Source: Curvularia clavata (lineage: Eukaryota). Taken from it: a stretch of 64,000 bases of DNA. The translations under genes and the position numbers were made by a program. Positions 48,031 to 60,196 of this stretch are shown here, one piece after another. The notes beneath the pieces are model-generated. The model worked only from the letters and a program-made list of their open reading frames with translations, was not told the origin of the DNA and did not search any database. Position 1 is the stretch's first letter; every line of letters starts with the position of its first letter. Location of the stretch: assembly GCA_023920165.1 (NCBI GenBank), contig CP089276.1:496001-560000 (forward strand), written 5' to 3'.

Positions 48031-50725
48031 TGCATGAGTGATCTAGAAGAAGGAAGGTGAGTGAAACGCTCCTCACGTGGGCGTCAGTCGTTTCAGACTC
48101 CGTTACGTCGCGAGCTGTTCCAGAAGTTCATACCAAACCCGACGTCTAAGCAGCGTCACTGCGGCGTGATAATTTAGCCAGGGTCCACGGCCGGAACAAC
48201 TGTTTCGCCATTGCCGAGACATGTTCCGCAGCCGGGCTATTTCCGCGCTGGGGCAACGCAAATGCATTCATTCTTCTATTTCTAAATTTGACTTGTCATA
48301 TCGCGTCTACCCGAGCGGCCCAGGTCGACAAGGTGGTCCATTGCGGAGCCGCATGACTCTCTGAGCTGCACGACTACAAAAGGCACCGTGGCAGCGGATC
48401 GCGGCCCCTTCGGATGCATGTCCCTCGTGTCGAAGACAGGCCCACGCAAGACCTTCCTTGAGCAAGTCCGACGAGTCGCTATCCGGAAGAGGGTCAATCC
48501 AGCAATCTGGCTGTCTGTGATGGGGCCGCGGTCGGTGCTCGGCCACTGAGTCGTGCAGATTGTTGGTCGGAAGGAACTCAACGAGACGGGTGTTGGTGGT
48601 GTGAGGCACTGGCAGCCGCGGAGGTAAAATCGAGGTCCAGGGACGTTCGACTGCTGGGCGCCGAATTGCGCTGCAATTTCGTCAAGGCGTACCGTCTCTA
48701 GGGAACCGCGGTGGCGGCTCGCATCCTTTGACGCGCCTGGTTCTGGCCTGGTGGCTGCAGCTGCGACGTTACCACTGTGATGCAAGAGAAGACCGGGGAG
48801 TTCATCTCGCGCAGCTTCGCAAAGAGTTGCCTGACGGAAGCGTCAGCTTGCATTAGCACAACCAGAGCCAAGCCGAACTCTCAAAGCATGTTTCCTCCAA
48901 ACCGCTGTTGCAGCCCTTGTCGGAACAGGGCTAGCTGGGTGCCTCGTTGGGCATGCAACGTGGGCAGCGTGCACATGCATGTACTTAGTACGTCTTTACT
49001 ATGTCCTACGTACGTATGTACGTACATACAGTACACTCGCTGCATCATCATCCTCGGCACCCTCGACGCCTTTGGCTTTGCTTTGCTTACCAACACGCCT
49101 GTGACGGTGTACCAGGGGGCTGGTCAGTCTCCTTTCCGATCACGTCCAAGCCAACTGTCCGGACATGTGGCGCGACCCTCGCCGGGTTCCATGTACAACA
49201 ATCACAATGGCTTTGAGGCGTCGTGCCAGCATCCACGGTCGTGTGCCGTGTGGGAAATCACAGAGGCTGCATGGCGAATTCTAAAATGCGGGGCGGCGCG
49301 CGTAGCTTTTATGGCACAATCAGCCATGCGGATCCAACTTGCTCTCTATTCACGAACCTGTTCGCTGGTAGCGACGACCCCCCGTTGTGGAGCACCAGAG
49401 AACCCCATTTGCTCAAGTCCGCCCAACCCAGCACGACCGTTTCACGACGGGCGCTGCGTTGTCATCCTCGCCGCGCGCATGCGTACATATGTATGTACGT
49501 AACTTTGTGTTGGAAGGGATGGGGGCGGTGGCGTCCATTCGGGTCCGGTCCCAAGAGATGGTGGAACAAATCACCACCGTGGTGGTGAAAGGCGTTGGAA
49601 TCCTACGGACGCAGCCGGCCTCCAACACTGTCTAACGTCTTAATTAGCCTAATCCGTTCTGACAAGGTATCGCTTGTGATCCCCTGCCTTCTGCAGTCGA
49701 CGACTCGTTATTCAGATAGCATGCTCATGCCTGAAGACGCGTGCTGCCATTCCCGGCGCCATTCGCAATGCCGAACAGGCTTGTAGCATGCCGCGCAGCG
49801 TCTGGCCGCAACGCCCTGCTGCCGTGTGGTCGGCTCGTCGCGCTGCTTTGACCGTGGAGCTCATCCCTTCCCACGACTCCTATACTGTGTCAGAGGCACT
49901 GCCAACACGGCTCGGTGTCTTGATTGCGAGACCCAGCGAAGGTTTGCAAGTCGAAGAATTAAAGTTTTCGGCGTGCCCACACCCCTGCAACCGCACCAGT
50001 CTCAAACTTTGAGCTTTGCTTTAGCTGATGAGTGCTATGGGGACCATTATTCATTTCCCTTGGCTTAAAATCGTCCTTTTGCAGCCGCGTCACCCGGCTG
50101 ATTGGCCCGCGGCCATCCGCCGTGCTGCTGGCTGCCGACGTCCCAAGACAGAGCACAAGGGCTGCTCTTTGAACGGCGTAGCTTCGCGCCCCCTGCTAGC
50201 TCGGCTGAACTCTGGAGTTGATCGCCCTGCCCCTGCACGCCTCGGCGCCGTTGGGTTACACCCCTGCCGGACCAGGGCCCCGGCTGCTCTTCACATTATT
50301 CGGCGGGACGATACTGTGCTTTGGTGTGTTACACCCATTCCTTCGCTTCACAGCTTGACAGCGCCCAAAACGGCACGCTCCCGGAGCCAACTGTTTGAGG
50401 CTTTGTCTAGGCTCATACCTTGCGTAGCTGCATGACCTCTTGTTCAGGATCTGCCTGTTTCTCCACGTGGATTCGTCTCATCAACTGGCCTCTCAATATG
50501 CTTTGGTATATATATCACTTCCCGCACTACGTTCTCGCACTGTCTGCATCGTGCTACACTACCTGTCACTTGTTTTGGCTAACAGTTTTTTTCCTTTTAA
50601 ACACTACGCTCCTTATCTTGCCACCACTGCCGCCAATAATTCCACCATCAATTCCTCCTTCCTCTCTCGTTTAGCCTAACGCAACCCAATCTACTTTACA
50701 ACGCACTATCGCCAACAACGTCGAC

Positions 50726-51010
50726 ATGGGTGGTAACACTGAATATATAGCTGGCCATGGCTATCTCTCCCTCGGCCAGGCTGTTAACGTTGCGCAAAAC
50801 AGCGAAGGTGGTGTCGACCAACGCCTCGCTCAGTTTCTCGAAAAACGCCTTGCCGAAGTCTGGGCGAAACTCAATGCCCAGCCTCGATCCTATATTCTTC
50901 CACCAGACGAGTTTGCTCTCCTGAATTACTATCGCATACGGTTCGGAGACAACGAGTTAGTAAGGAACGCCACTAAGCGTTTTTGGGACAATCATAAAGG
51001 CACCCAATAG
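50726..51010 (+). CDS. Small (94 aa) helical hypothetical protein
   Basis: ATG in good context (GACATGG) after a pyrimidine-rich leader and a TATATATA at about 50507. Plausible globular composition (YILPPDEFALLNYY..RF...A..RFWD). Confidence 0.72.
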   Translation: MGGNTEYIAGHGYLSLGQAVNVAQNSEGGVDQRLAQFLEKRLAEVWAKLNAQPRSYILPPDEFALLNYYRIRFGDNELVRNATKRFWDNHKGTQ

Positions 51011-51512
51011 CCCGGACCACATTTCTTCTGCGCACGCTACGACACGACATCATATTTCTATAGCAGCAGTCGCACTGCAAGCTTTCTTGGGTGACACCAT
51101 CTCCCAGATTTTGGCGTTATCCTTTTTATCTCAACCAATTGTTTATTGCATCATCCAGGAGGCCATTTCGCCCCTACTTACGATAGTGAAGGTACGTCTT
51201 GACTTGCTCGTTGTTGACTTGACATTTTGTCTGACACCATATAGCGGTCACCAATCGATTCTGGCTTGTTTATTGAGCATTTCCGCATTAGATCAGCACA
51301 TCTGGACCTTTCTTCGCAAGATACCTCTAAGTACGGAGTTCGCGGCGTTTTGAGCATTATACCACTACCGGCCGGTTCCCGAAATGGGACGGGGCACCAT
51401 GGGTGGTCGGAGTTACGAGAGCGATGGAGTCTTTGAATGGAGTTATCGTGGACTGATAGAACCAAAGCGGATGTCACTTGGGCAAGCAACACCTGGCTTG
51501 CTCCTCAAAACA

Positions 51513-53528
51513 ATGTTTCTAATGCTAATCACGCTGTCTCAATCCACTTCCGTTCTTTTACCGGCCTCGACGGAGCCCCATGCTCAAGCCATGTCACTAA
51601 GAGATGGTGGTGCTTCGAACGGATCTTCTCTACTTGAGTGCCTTCAGGTTGTGCCACCAGTCCTCAGTCCAGCCAGCGGATGTGATTCCATTCTCATGGA
51701 GCACACCTTTGCATTTTCGTACGGCCAGCCATTCATCGGTGAATACAACCCACCCAATTGCAGCTTCAACAGGGTTGTTTTCAACTTTACAGTAACTTCT
51801 GCTGGAAGACAGTTTGACAGGCTCGGTCTAATGTTTCTCGGTGATATTGAGGTTTTCCGTACTTCGACTGCAGAGCCAACGCAAAACGGCATCATATGGA
51901 GCTACGTCAAAGATATGAGTAGCTACCATAGCCTGTTCAAGAAGCCACAGAAGATCATTTTCGATTTGGGAAATCTCATCGATGATACGTATACTGGATC
52001 CTGGAACACAAAGCTTACCGCGACCTTCTTCACCGCTGAAGACGACATCGAACCTGCAGCGCTCATCCTTCCAATTTCCGCTCGAAAGGCTGGTCAAGAT
52101 GCTTCAAGCGCATTCGTTGTGCCAGAGACTCAAGCAGTTGACACCATCGTGTTGCCGAAAACCGTTAAGAAAGCAGTTGTGACCATCTCCGCTTGTGGGC
52201 AGGCTACTGAGGAGTTCTGGTGGAGCAACGTACTTTCATCAGACACTAATGTCTTTGAGAACGACACAACGCTGTATGGCCATTCTCCCTTCCGAGAGCT
52301 CCGGCTTCTGATTGATGGGCGTCTTGCCGGGGTTGCCTGGCCTTTTCCAGTCATCTTTACTGGAGGCGTTGTTCCCGGATTCTGGCGACCCCTTGTAGGC
52401 ATCGATGCATTTGACCTCCAGGAAGATGAAATCGACATTACCCCTTTCATACCACTAATCAATGATGGCCAGTCTCACACATTCGAAATCCAAGTTCTTG
52501 GCATCGATGACGATGGAAGCGGCACAGGCACTTTTACAACGGCTATCGGGTCCAACTGGGTTGTCACCGGCAAAGTCTTTGCTTGGCTTGACTCGAGTAA
52601 TACAACTATTACAGGAACCGGACCTACTTCCGCTTCGTCCAGCTCAATGAAGCTGCAATCTGCAATCAAGCAAGGCACGAATAGCAGCGCCGTCGCGGCC
52701 CTCGACTACTCAATACAGGTATTCCGAACCGTTTACATAGAGTCCATATTGCACACCGCCAAGGGACCGAAGACGGTCACATGGAGCCAGAACTTGACCT
52801 TCTCTAACATCGGAACTCTCAGCAACAAGGGTAATGATCAAATTGTGGACCAGTTTACTGCCGGAAAACAAGCGACGCGAGCAGGTTACTCCAAGTCTTT
52901 TGAATACCCTCTTTGGGTCAGCTCATCTTACAATGCGCCTTCTGGTGGTAACATAACCATTGATGCGAGCATGAAACGGGGGAAAAATGTGCAGCAGCTG
53001 GGTGACTTAGCGTTCTCAAACAGTTGGAAAACATTCGATTACGCTCGCCTTCCCTCGACGTCTCCCCCAGACCACACTTTTCTCGGGTCTGACATAACCA
53101 ACTCGCAGAACGGCACAGCATCCTACCTATCAGTTCCCGAACAGAAGAAATCATATGGTTCCGGAAGTACAGAGCAGCACCTAGCGCTCAGCGGCATTAC
53201 CATGCCACACCCGGTGACGGTGCTGCACTCTGGCGCGAGCGACCCCGAGCCTGCAGGGCAAGCACAGTCAGCAAGACCGCCATATCAAGCACTCTACCAA
53301 AGAAACATAATCGCAACTAACAATTCGGTCGTGTATGATGACGAGGGTTATGGCGGTCAAAGCACCACCGCCTCTAGTACCACGTTTGGCGCTTCCTGGG
53401 AACAGCAGGTCAATCGCGCCGGTCACAGTGGGGCGCGCGAATTTGCGGAAATGCAAGTTGAGACCATGCTAGGTCGGGGACCCGCTTTAGCGGGGGAGTC
53501 GGTTTTTGAGGAAAGGTGGAGAATTTGA
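51513..53528 (+). CDS. Peptide-N4-(N-acetyl-beta-glucosaminyl)asparagine amidase A (PNGase A/At type), secreted
   Basis: LMEHTFAFSYGQPF, GRQFDRL, FRTSTAEPT..GI.W, GQATEEFWWSN, WPFPVIFTGG..PGFWRP.VGIDAFDL. The ORF is open from 51384. A signal-like segment begins at 51513, so the start is uncertain. Confidence 0.9.
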   Translation: MFLMLITLSQSTSVLLPASTEPHAQAMSLRDGGASNGSSLLECLQVVPPVLSPASGCDSILMEHTFAFSYGQPFIGEYNPPNCSFNRVVFNFTVTSAGRQFDRLGLMFLGDIEVFRTSTAEPTQNGIIWSYVKDMSSYHSLFKKPQKIIFDLGNLIDDTYTGSWNTKLTATFFTAEDDIEPAALILPISARKAGQDASSAFVVPETQAVDTIVLPKTVKKAVVTISACGQATEEFWWSNVLSSDTNVFENDTTLYGHSPFRELRLLIDGRLAGVAWPFPVIFTGGVVPGFWRPLVGIDAFDLQEDEIDITPFIPLINDGQSHTFEIQVLGIDDDGSGTGTFTTAIGSNWVVTGKVFAWLDSSNTTITGTGPTSASSSSMKLQSAIKQGTNSSAVAALDYSIQVFRTVYIESILHTAKGPKTVTWSQNLTFSNIGTLSNKGNDQIVDQFTAGKQATRAGYSKSFEYPLWVSSSYNAPSGGNITIDASMKRGKNVQQLGDLAFSNSWKTFDYARLPSTSPPDHTFLGSDITNSQNGTASYLSVPEQKKSYGSGSTEQHLALSGITMPHPVTVLHSGASDPEPAGQAQSARPPYQALYQRNIIATNNSVVYDDEGYGGQSTTASSTTFGASWEQQVNRAGHSGAREFAEMQVETMLGRGPALAGESVFEERWRI

Positions 53529-56500
53529 GAAATTGTGTGCTTGTGGGTATAGGAAAGGGAAAGTTTTGCGGCCGCATGTAAGCAGCGCAACTTCGGGTCT
53601 GTAAGAACAATGTGGCACAACAGGTGAATACGGGGCGGGCGTCTGGAGTATACCGGTTTCCTCTTGCTGTGGGTATCCTATCATCAAAGTCTTTTTTGGC
53701 CTTGCCGTTAATTTTCTTGGTAAACCGGTAATAACTCCCATGACACTTTCCAGACCAGAGGGAGAAGAGGAAGGTATTACCAGCGAGGTCCATCATTTTC
53801 TTCTTTAGTCATTTGTGTAAGCAAGGGGAGTTCCACCGCACACTACTATGTACATGCTTTCCCCGTTGTCACACTACATATGTACAATCCTGGGTCAGCC
53901 CTCAAGCGCACGTCATGTGGCACTGTCAGTTTTCCCTTTTGAACCATCCCTCCCTGCCATCGGAGAGCATGTCAGTCTTACCCGTTTGAGATGACAAGGG
54001 CCCTCCTGCGCACGTACATACGATACGAAAGCGGTGCTCCCATCCTCACCCCTGACGCCGACGCCAACGCAGTGGCCTCATCCCGCAGTGGCCACATCCG
54101 AAGAAAAGCCCTAATAATGACGGATGTAGTCGTTGCCCTTCCGCCGCATCTTTTCTTGGCTCTGCTTTCGATGCCTTCTGGGGCAATCCCTATGCCAAAA
54201 ACGCGTCACAATTGCGCCACTAAATCTCCGTCTTTCAGTCCGTTACATCTGCTGTGTTACGCACTGGCAACACCCACCCCTCCCCTAATGTTATAATAAT
54301 TTGCAAATCTTATAGGTAGAATGCGCCAAGTTTGGTGCTAAGCACTGTTGTGTTATATGCGAGAAGGGCTTTCCATGACTAGAACTCTTTTTTGCTCTGC
54401 AACGAATCAAACTAACATTCTGAAAATCTGTAATGCCGTTGCCACTGCCACTGCCGCTGCCGTCTCGCTTCATATTACTGCTTCGATACCTTGCTTGGGA
54501 GTTTATAGGATGCATACACCCGGTAGCAAGCAGTTGTATTGAACCATGATCAGGCATCAAGGTACATGGAGAGGATCGCTGCAGATTTGGATTGGTGGTC
54601 ATCCACCGGGGCAGGGGAGCACCCTGACCTTATCGCACCGGATATACCGAAATGACGGCCCTTTTATTTTTATGTTTTTAGCCAGGTTCGTGCATGTACT
54701 GTGGCTAAGACACCGCGAAGCGCCCGTTTGGATACCGTACCGCCCGTTGCGCGGTCGTAGTAACGGCGTCCTTGACTATATATCAGCTGCTTGCGGTTAT
54801 GAGCAGGTTCGCCTGAAACCAGGTCTCAGGCACAAGCGAAAGGTAAAAAGATGTGGGGAACAGGTACATATCGACCAAGCAGACGTTCGCAGTCGCACAT
54901 GCTTTTGCAATATTGCATTTTTCAAACAGGAGCCTGTTCAAGGCCATTGTCTACCGTCATTGTCGGTTCGACCCTTTCGGTGTCAAAGCACATGCCTTGG
55001 CATCTGCATAGCGCGCTTAACGTAAGCTTTCGAATCGTCTTCAGCCAAGGGTTGTCGTTCGCTTTGACGCGCGCTCCCGCCGGGGGTGCGTGTAAGCGGG
55101 AGATTTGCAGCGCATCCGTGCACACGCTGCGTCCCCTCGTGGCAAGCCTGAAACGCGGGTAATGTGCTTTGAACTGTGGTCTCTTTGTTACTGGGATTTG
55201 GCTGCATGAATTCGAGGAGAATAGACCATTCTCACGCGACAAGATCCAAGCAGACCTCCGTTACCTCCGACTTGCCTCCCCATAGTTCATCATCAGGAAT
55301 ACAAAATCTTTAGAGTTTTGCTCCTCGGCATAATGATGTCATGCCTCTCTATCCTAGCGTTTGGGCTCATGCCTTCGGTACATTGTCGTCGCAATCTGCG
55401 GGCTTTTCCGCCGACTTCTTGGCTTTGACTTTCCGACCCCTAAGACAGATTCATCGTTTCGGGAAATCCCTTTTTTCCGTCGTGTAAGATTCGTGTAAGA
55501 TTCGTGGCCGTTGGAGGACGAGACCATGGCCCGGCTCGGCAATGAGCAAATCTCTTTCCCTAAATGTCATTTTGAATACGGCACTCACTACCGTGTCTAT
55601 CAACCTTGGATGTCGAAGGGGCCTTGAGTCATGGAAGCCCAACTCAGAATGCTCCTCTTCAGGTAGTTTTTGCGGCCTAGGCAGTCGGTCTTCTACCAAA
55701 TACAATGCTGAGCTCACGGATAGAGACCCTGTCATACTTGGTACAGGGTGGGCTCGCGTCCGCTGTAATTTGTGGAAAAATTCGCCTACAGTTTGTGACA
55801 GCTGTCGTAACTTTAACACTCGCCTAGACGTAACAAAACGGATAATCCCTCTCAACATACTCGGCAGCCTAACATAGGCGTGTAGATTGACAAGCCAGGC
55901 ACCCTGTTGTAAGAATAATCGCGACGCAGCACGGGCCTAAGTCTCACCAAAGTTACCGAATTTTTCCAAACCTGCTCACCTTGCATGCTTAGAAATCTAC
56001 GATAGTACCTTAGATTTTAGTAAAAGAACTAGCAATGTCATCGTAATCTATCAACCATTTTGAGAAATCGATAAAAGGAAGTGCAAAGTAGGGTGACGGC
56101 GATACTATGACAAGGCATTTCTAAGTCGAAATTATTCTTTCAACCAGGTGCCAAGGTAAGGGCACCTCGGCTCTATTGTGTGGCGGAGAATAGGGTTTGG
56201 AGATGCGGCAGTTCATGATGTTTGTAGTGTACGATGCGAAGATGCCGCGGCCCGCAAACGAAAACGCCCGATTAGCGTTATCGCTAGAAGATCGGTTGCA
56301 GTTGTGGAAGTCACGAGGGGCATTCTAATCCCAACTCGCGAAGCAGCTGAGAAAGCTTGCACCGAACTGCCGAGAAGGTGGTGATGGCTGTGCGGTATAC
56401 CTTGTTTGGGCGTAAACACCCCCAACTTCTCCCCACGATCGCTAAATGCAAGACGCAGTAATCTGCGCAAGCAGCTCATGATTGCAGGCCGATGGCATAC

Positions 56501-57657
56501 ACGAGATGTGATCGACCCACATGTATGCGGAAACGGCCTGATCTTGTGCAGCATCCAACACCGCGAGCCGTCTATCGGACTGACGGAAGTGCCTCCCTTG
56601 TGCATAATGTGTGGCAAAGTTGTAGACTCCAGTTCTAGACTTTATTGAACTACCCAGGAATGTGCTGCAGGGACAATCGCCTCATTTGCCGGTATTACAG
56701 TGCTGATACGAAATAAAGATCTAGAAGGAGAAGGCTGGTCGATCATGGCGAACTTATCAGACCACCGGCTGGAGGACGAGACCGCAGAGAAACTCTATTT
56801 CGAGTTTCGGTGCCTCGGCACAACGATGTGGCTTGCAGATGTATGTTTGGCTTGATATTATTAGGAGAAGGCCCGGTTAGATGACTTCAGCTAGACCGCT
56901 GCTTGCACAAGACTCATAGACCTGGCCAGACTGCGAAGATGTTTAAGCAAAGATAGAGCTGCAGCAACGTACCGTCTAGTCTGGGGTGTACTACAAGGCT
57001 TAACGTGGGACATTCGGACGTAAGGTAAGGAGATAGTGCAGCAACTAATGCTCGCTTGGGGTCCGTCTCCAGGCCAATAGGAGGTTTTGTCGGGAACTTC
57101 TTGTTACAGGCGGGAAGCTGGTAGGTAGTTTACTCTCCAAATACAGAGCTAATGAAAACGCTAGATGCGGACAGCCTAAGCGCCGAACAAGTACGTTCGA
57201 AGATGGCCTTAGAGACTTTTTTGCCGTTTCGTTAGTTAGTTAGATAATCATGCCAAGATAATAATCGTTGATGATCTCATCACTATATGGTCACGTGCAC
57301 TGACGTGGGCTCGTGGACGTCATCTGCAAGACGTCCTCTTAACTCCAGAGAAACCTGATCGATCGCAAGGAGGTGAATTTGAGCTATCGAGGCTTCTCTT
57401 ATCGAAGCATACATGTGATAGCGAGCCAGGAACTTTACCTTGGAGCGAACATATGGGGAATGCTGGAGAATGATGGAGAACTGTGGGGGCTGGCGCCTTC
57501 TCGATGCTTGTGACTCGTCGCCTTGGTAGCCGCCTTCCTGATTCCTGCGTGGCGCCTATGACTGAGCAATCCACCAGATTTCGGTTGCCTTCCACTACGT
57601 TGCGAACACTCCGTCATCAACCTCCAACGCTCTGTCTGGATTGTTACATGAGTCGCT

Positions 57658-59266
57658 ATGACCGAGCCATCACATCCAAAACTGATCGCAGACGATGATA
57701 AACCTACAGAGCAGCTCCAAGAGCACAGGCTCGGAGCTGAGTCTTCTCTTAAACCCGGGGATAAGGCCGAAGATACACTCAGAGTCACCCGCGGGGCAAT
57801 CCGCGTGCCCTCCCCGGATCCTTCCCTCTTATCCATAGACGATCCTACCAATATACGTCTTGGTCGAAACCCAGAATTTGTTCCCTTGTATCATGGGAGA
57901 CAGCCTTCTCGCTCTCCTGCTCCGCCACGAACACTAAAAGGCCGGATACGAGCTTCGTGGGCGGCGAACAAAGGTTTGGCCCTTGTTTTGATCTCGCAAC
58001 TGTTTGGTACACTGATGAACGTTACGACACGCATGTTGGAAATGGAGGGCAACAATGGTAAATGATTTTTCTTGGAAGCGACGGCCAGCTTGCTAACATT
58101 ATTGCAGGGAAGGGTTATCATCCATTCCAGATACTTTTCGCTAGGATGAGTATAACAGTCTTATGTTCTTCATTGTACATGTGGTATAAGAAGACGGAGC
58201 ACTTTCCCCTGGGCATGAAGGAGGTGCGCTCATTGTTAATAGCTCGAGGCTTGACTGGCTTCTTTGGGGTCTTTGGCATGTACTGTAAGTGTTGCGTCCT
58301 GGTAGCCTTGGGCGATTTCTGCCATTTCTTCTCTAACCCATAACCATGCTGACCTATGACAGATTCTCTGCTGTACCTTCCCCTTGCTGATGCAACAGTC
58401 ATCACTTTTCTTGCGCCCAGTCTTGCTTGCTGGGCATGTTCTTACCTCATCAATGAGCCTTTTACAAGGATGGAACAGATAGCAGCATATGTCTCGCTGT
58501 TTGGCGTTGTTCTAATTGCGCGACCCGTCTCTCTCTTTGCTGCCCTTTCCAAAGATTCTGTGCCTTCTGCTAGCGGCGACCCAGACCTCATCCTTGCGAA
58601 CACAACCATTACCTCCTCCGACCGTCTTGCTGCAGACTACGATTCTGTGACGCCGAAACAACGAGCGATGGCAGTAGGAATAGCCATGCTTGGAGTGCTT
58701 GGAGCCGCTGGGGCCTATACGACTATTCGTTGGATTGGAAAACGGGCGCATCCTCTCATCTCTGTCAATTACTTTGCCACCTGGTGTACGATTGTCAGTA
58801 TCATAGCCATGCTTACCATGCCAGGGGTCGGTTTCCTACTGCCAAACAGCCTTAGAGATTGGTCCTATCTGGTATTTCTAGGCATCTGTGGATTCGTGAT
58901 GGTACGTTTCGCAATGTATTCGTCAAGTATCATCTGGTTGACATGAACTAGCAATTTCTCCTGGCTGCAGGTCTACAACATGAGAAGTCGTCTCGCGCCA
59001 CCAATATGCTTTACATGCAGATGCTGTTCGCTCTTACATTTGATAAGCTTATCTGGGGCACAACGCCCGGTGCCCTTTCCATCATCGGCTCGTCACTCAT
59101 ACTGGGCTCCGCGATATACGTTGCGATGAATAAGGAAGATCCGACCAAAGCTGCGCCAAGGGAGATAGGAAGTGGAGAGGAAGAGATGGGGCTGATATCA
59201 CCGGCCTACAACAACGAACATAGAGATGATGAAGATATGGACTTGCAGATGAGGTCGTTGAGATGA
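57658..59266 (+). CDS. EamA/DMT-family transporter
   Basis: NKGLALV..SQLFG..MN, HPFQILFARM, RGLTGFFGVFGMYYSL.YLPLADATVITFLAP, IRWIGKRAHPLISVNYF, Y.QMLFAL.FD. Three introns. Confidence 0.9.
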
Positions 59267-60196
59267 CGCAGCGAAAGCAAGACTCATGGGCATAAGTAAC
59301 AACGGATGCATTTTAGAGATTACGGTTAGAATACACGAAGATACATGTATAGACAGCAATTTCAGATTGTTTCACCTTTGCAAGCGCGAACGGTTTTGCG
59401 CCTTCAATCGGCACAGCCTTTCCATATGTCGAAACGAGGTACAGGGCTTTGTTCGAAGAGCCTAACCCAGGCATGTCAGGTGTTTTCCTTTCGCTGCATC
59501 CAACCGAACGTCAAAATCAAGTCCCAACTACTACAGTGCAGAACTACAACCATTCTGTACTTCCTGCATCAATTTCAGCTACAGCAAGAGTCCTGATGTG
59601 TACTAGCGGGGCTCATGCTGATACTGGGACGATAAGGTGTGTTACCCCACTTGCGACCCACCTTCATCACAATGGTTTTTACTACAGATATTAACGATAC
59701 AAATCTGGTTTCTTCCATCGAAACTCAAAACCGAAGCGCATTCAGCGTTTTCACAACATCCTCCGTGGCGCAATTGGCTAGCGCGTCTGACTGTTACAGC
59801 ATCGTAGCTTATCAGGAGGTTGAAAGTTCGAGCCTTTCCGGGGGAGTTTCATTTTTTTGCCGAGAGAACGTACAGCGCCTAGCGAGAGATCGTGCGTTGT
59901 ATGAGTATTGGCTTTTTTTGTCTAGAGTGATCTTTTTTTTTCGCTTCCTTGTGCGAAGTCACGAAGCATGACGCAGAGTTAGAATAGATAAAGACTGATG
60001 ATTGTTTGAGTGCTCCGAGACGCCGGAGTGTTTGGCAGACCATATACGTTTGTGTGTGGTATAAGGAAATGGATAACGCATTATACTCTGTGTGAAAGAC
60101 GTGACTAAAATTACGACACCTCTCCTGTACGTTTCCATCCTAACTACGACCTACTCCTTCTGCTGAGACAGTCCTTACATTTCTTAGATAAATGCT

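Noticed and set aside
48777..49502. 241-aa ORF in the long intergenic region
   Set aside because: Cys/Arg/Ser-rich with no domain, and it runs through simple palindromic repeats. Likely a chance ORF.
55250..55860. 135-aa minus ORF with protein-like continuation through stops
   Set aside because: Might be a decayed gene, but there is no recognisable family or splice structure.
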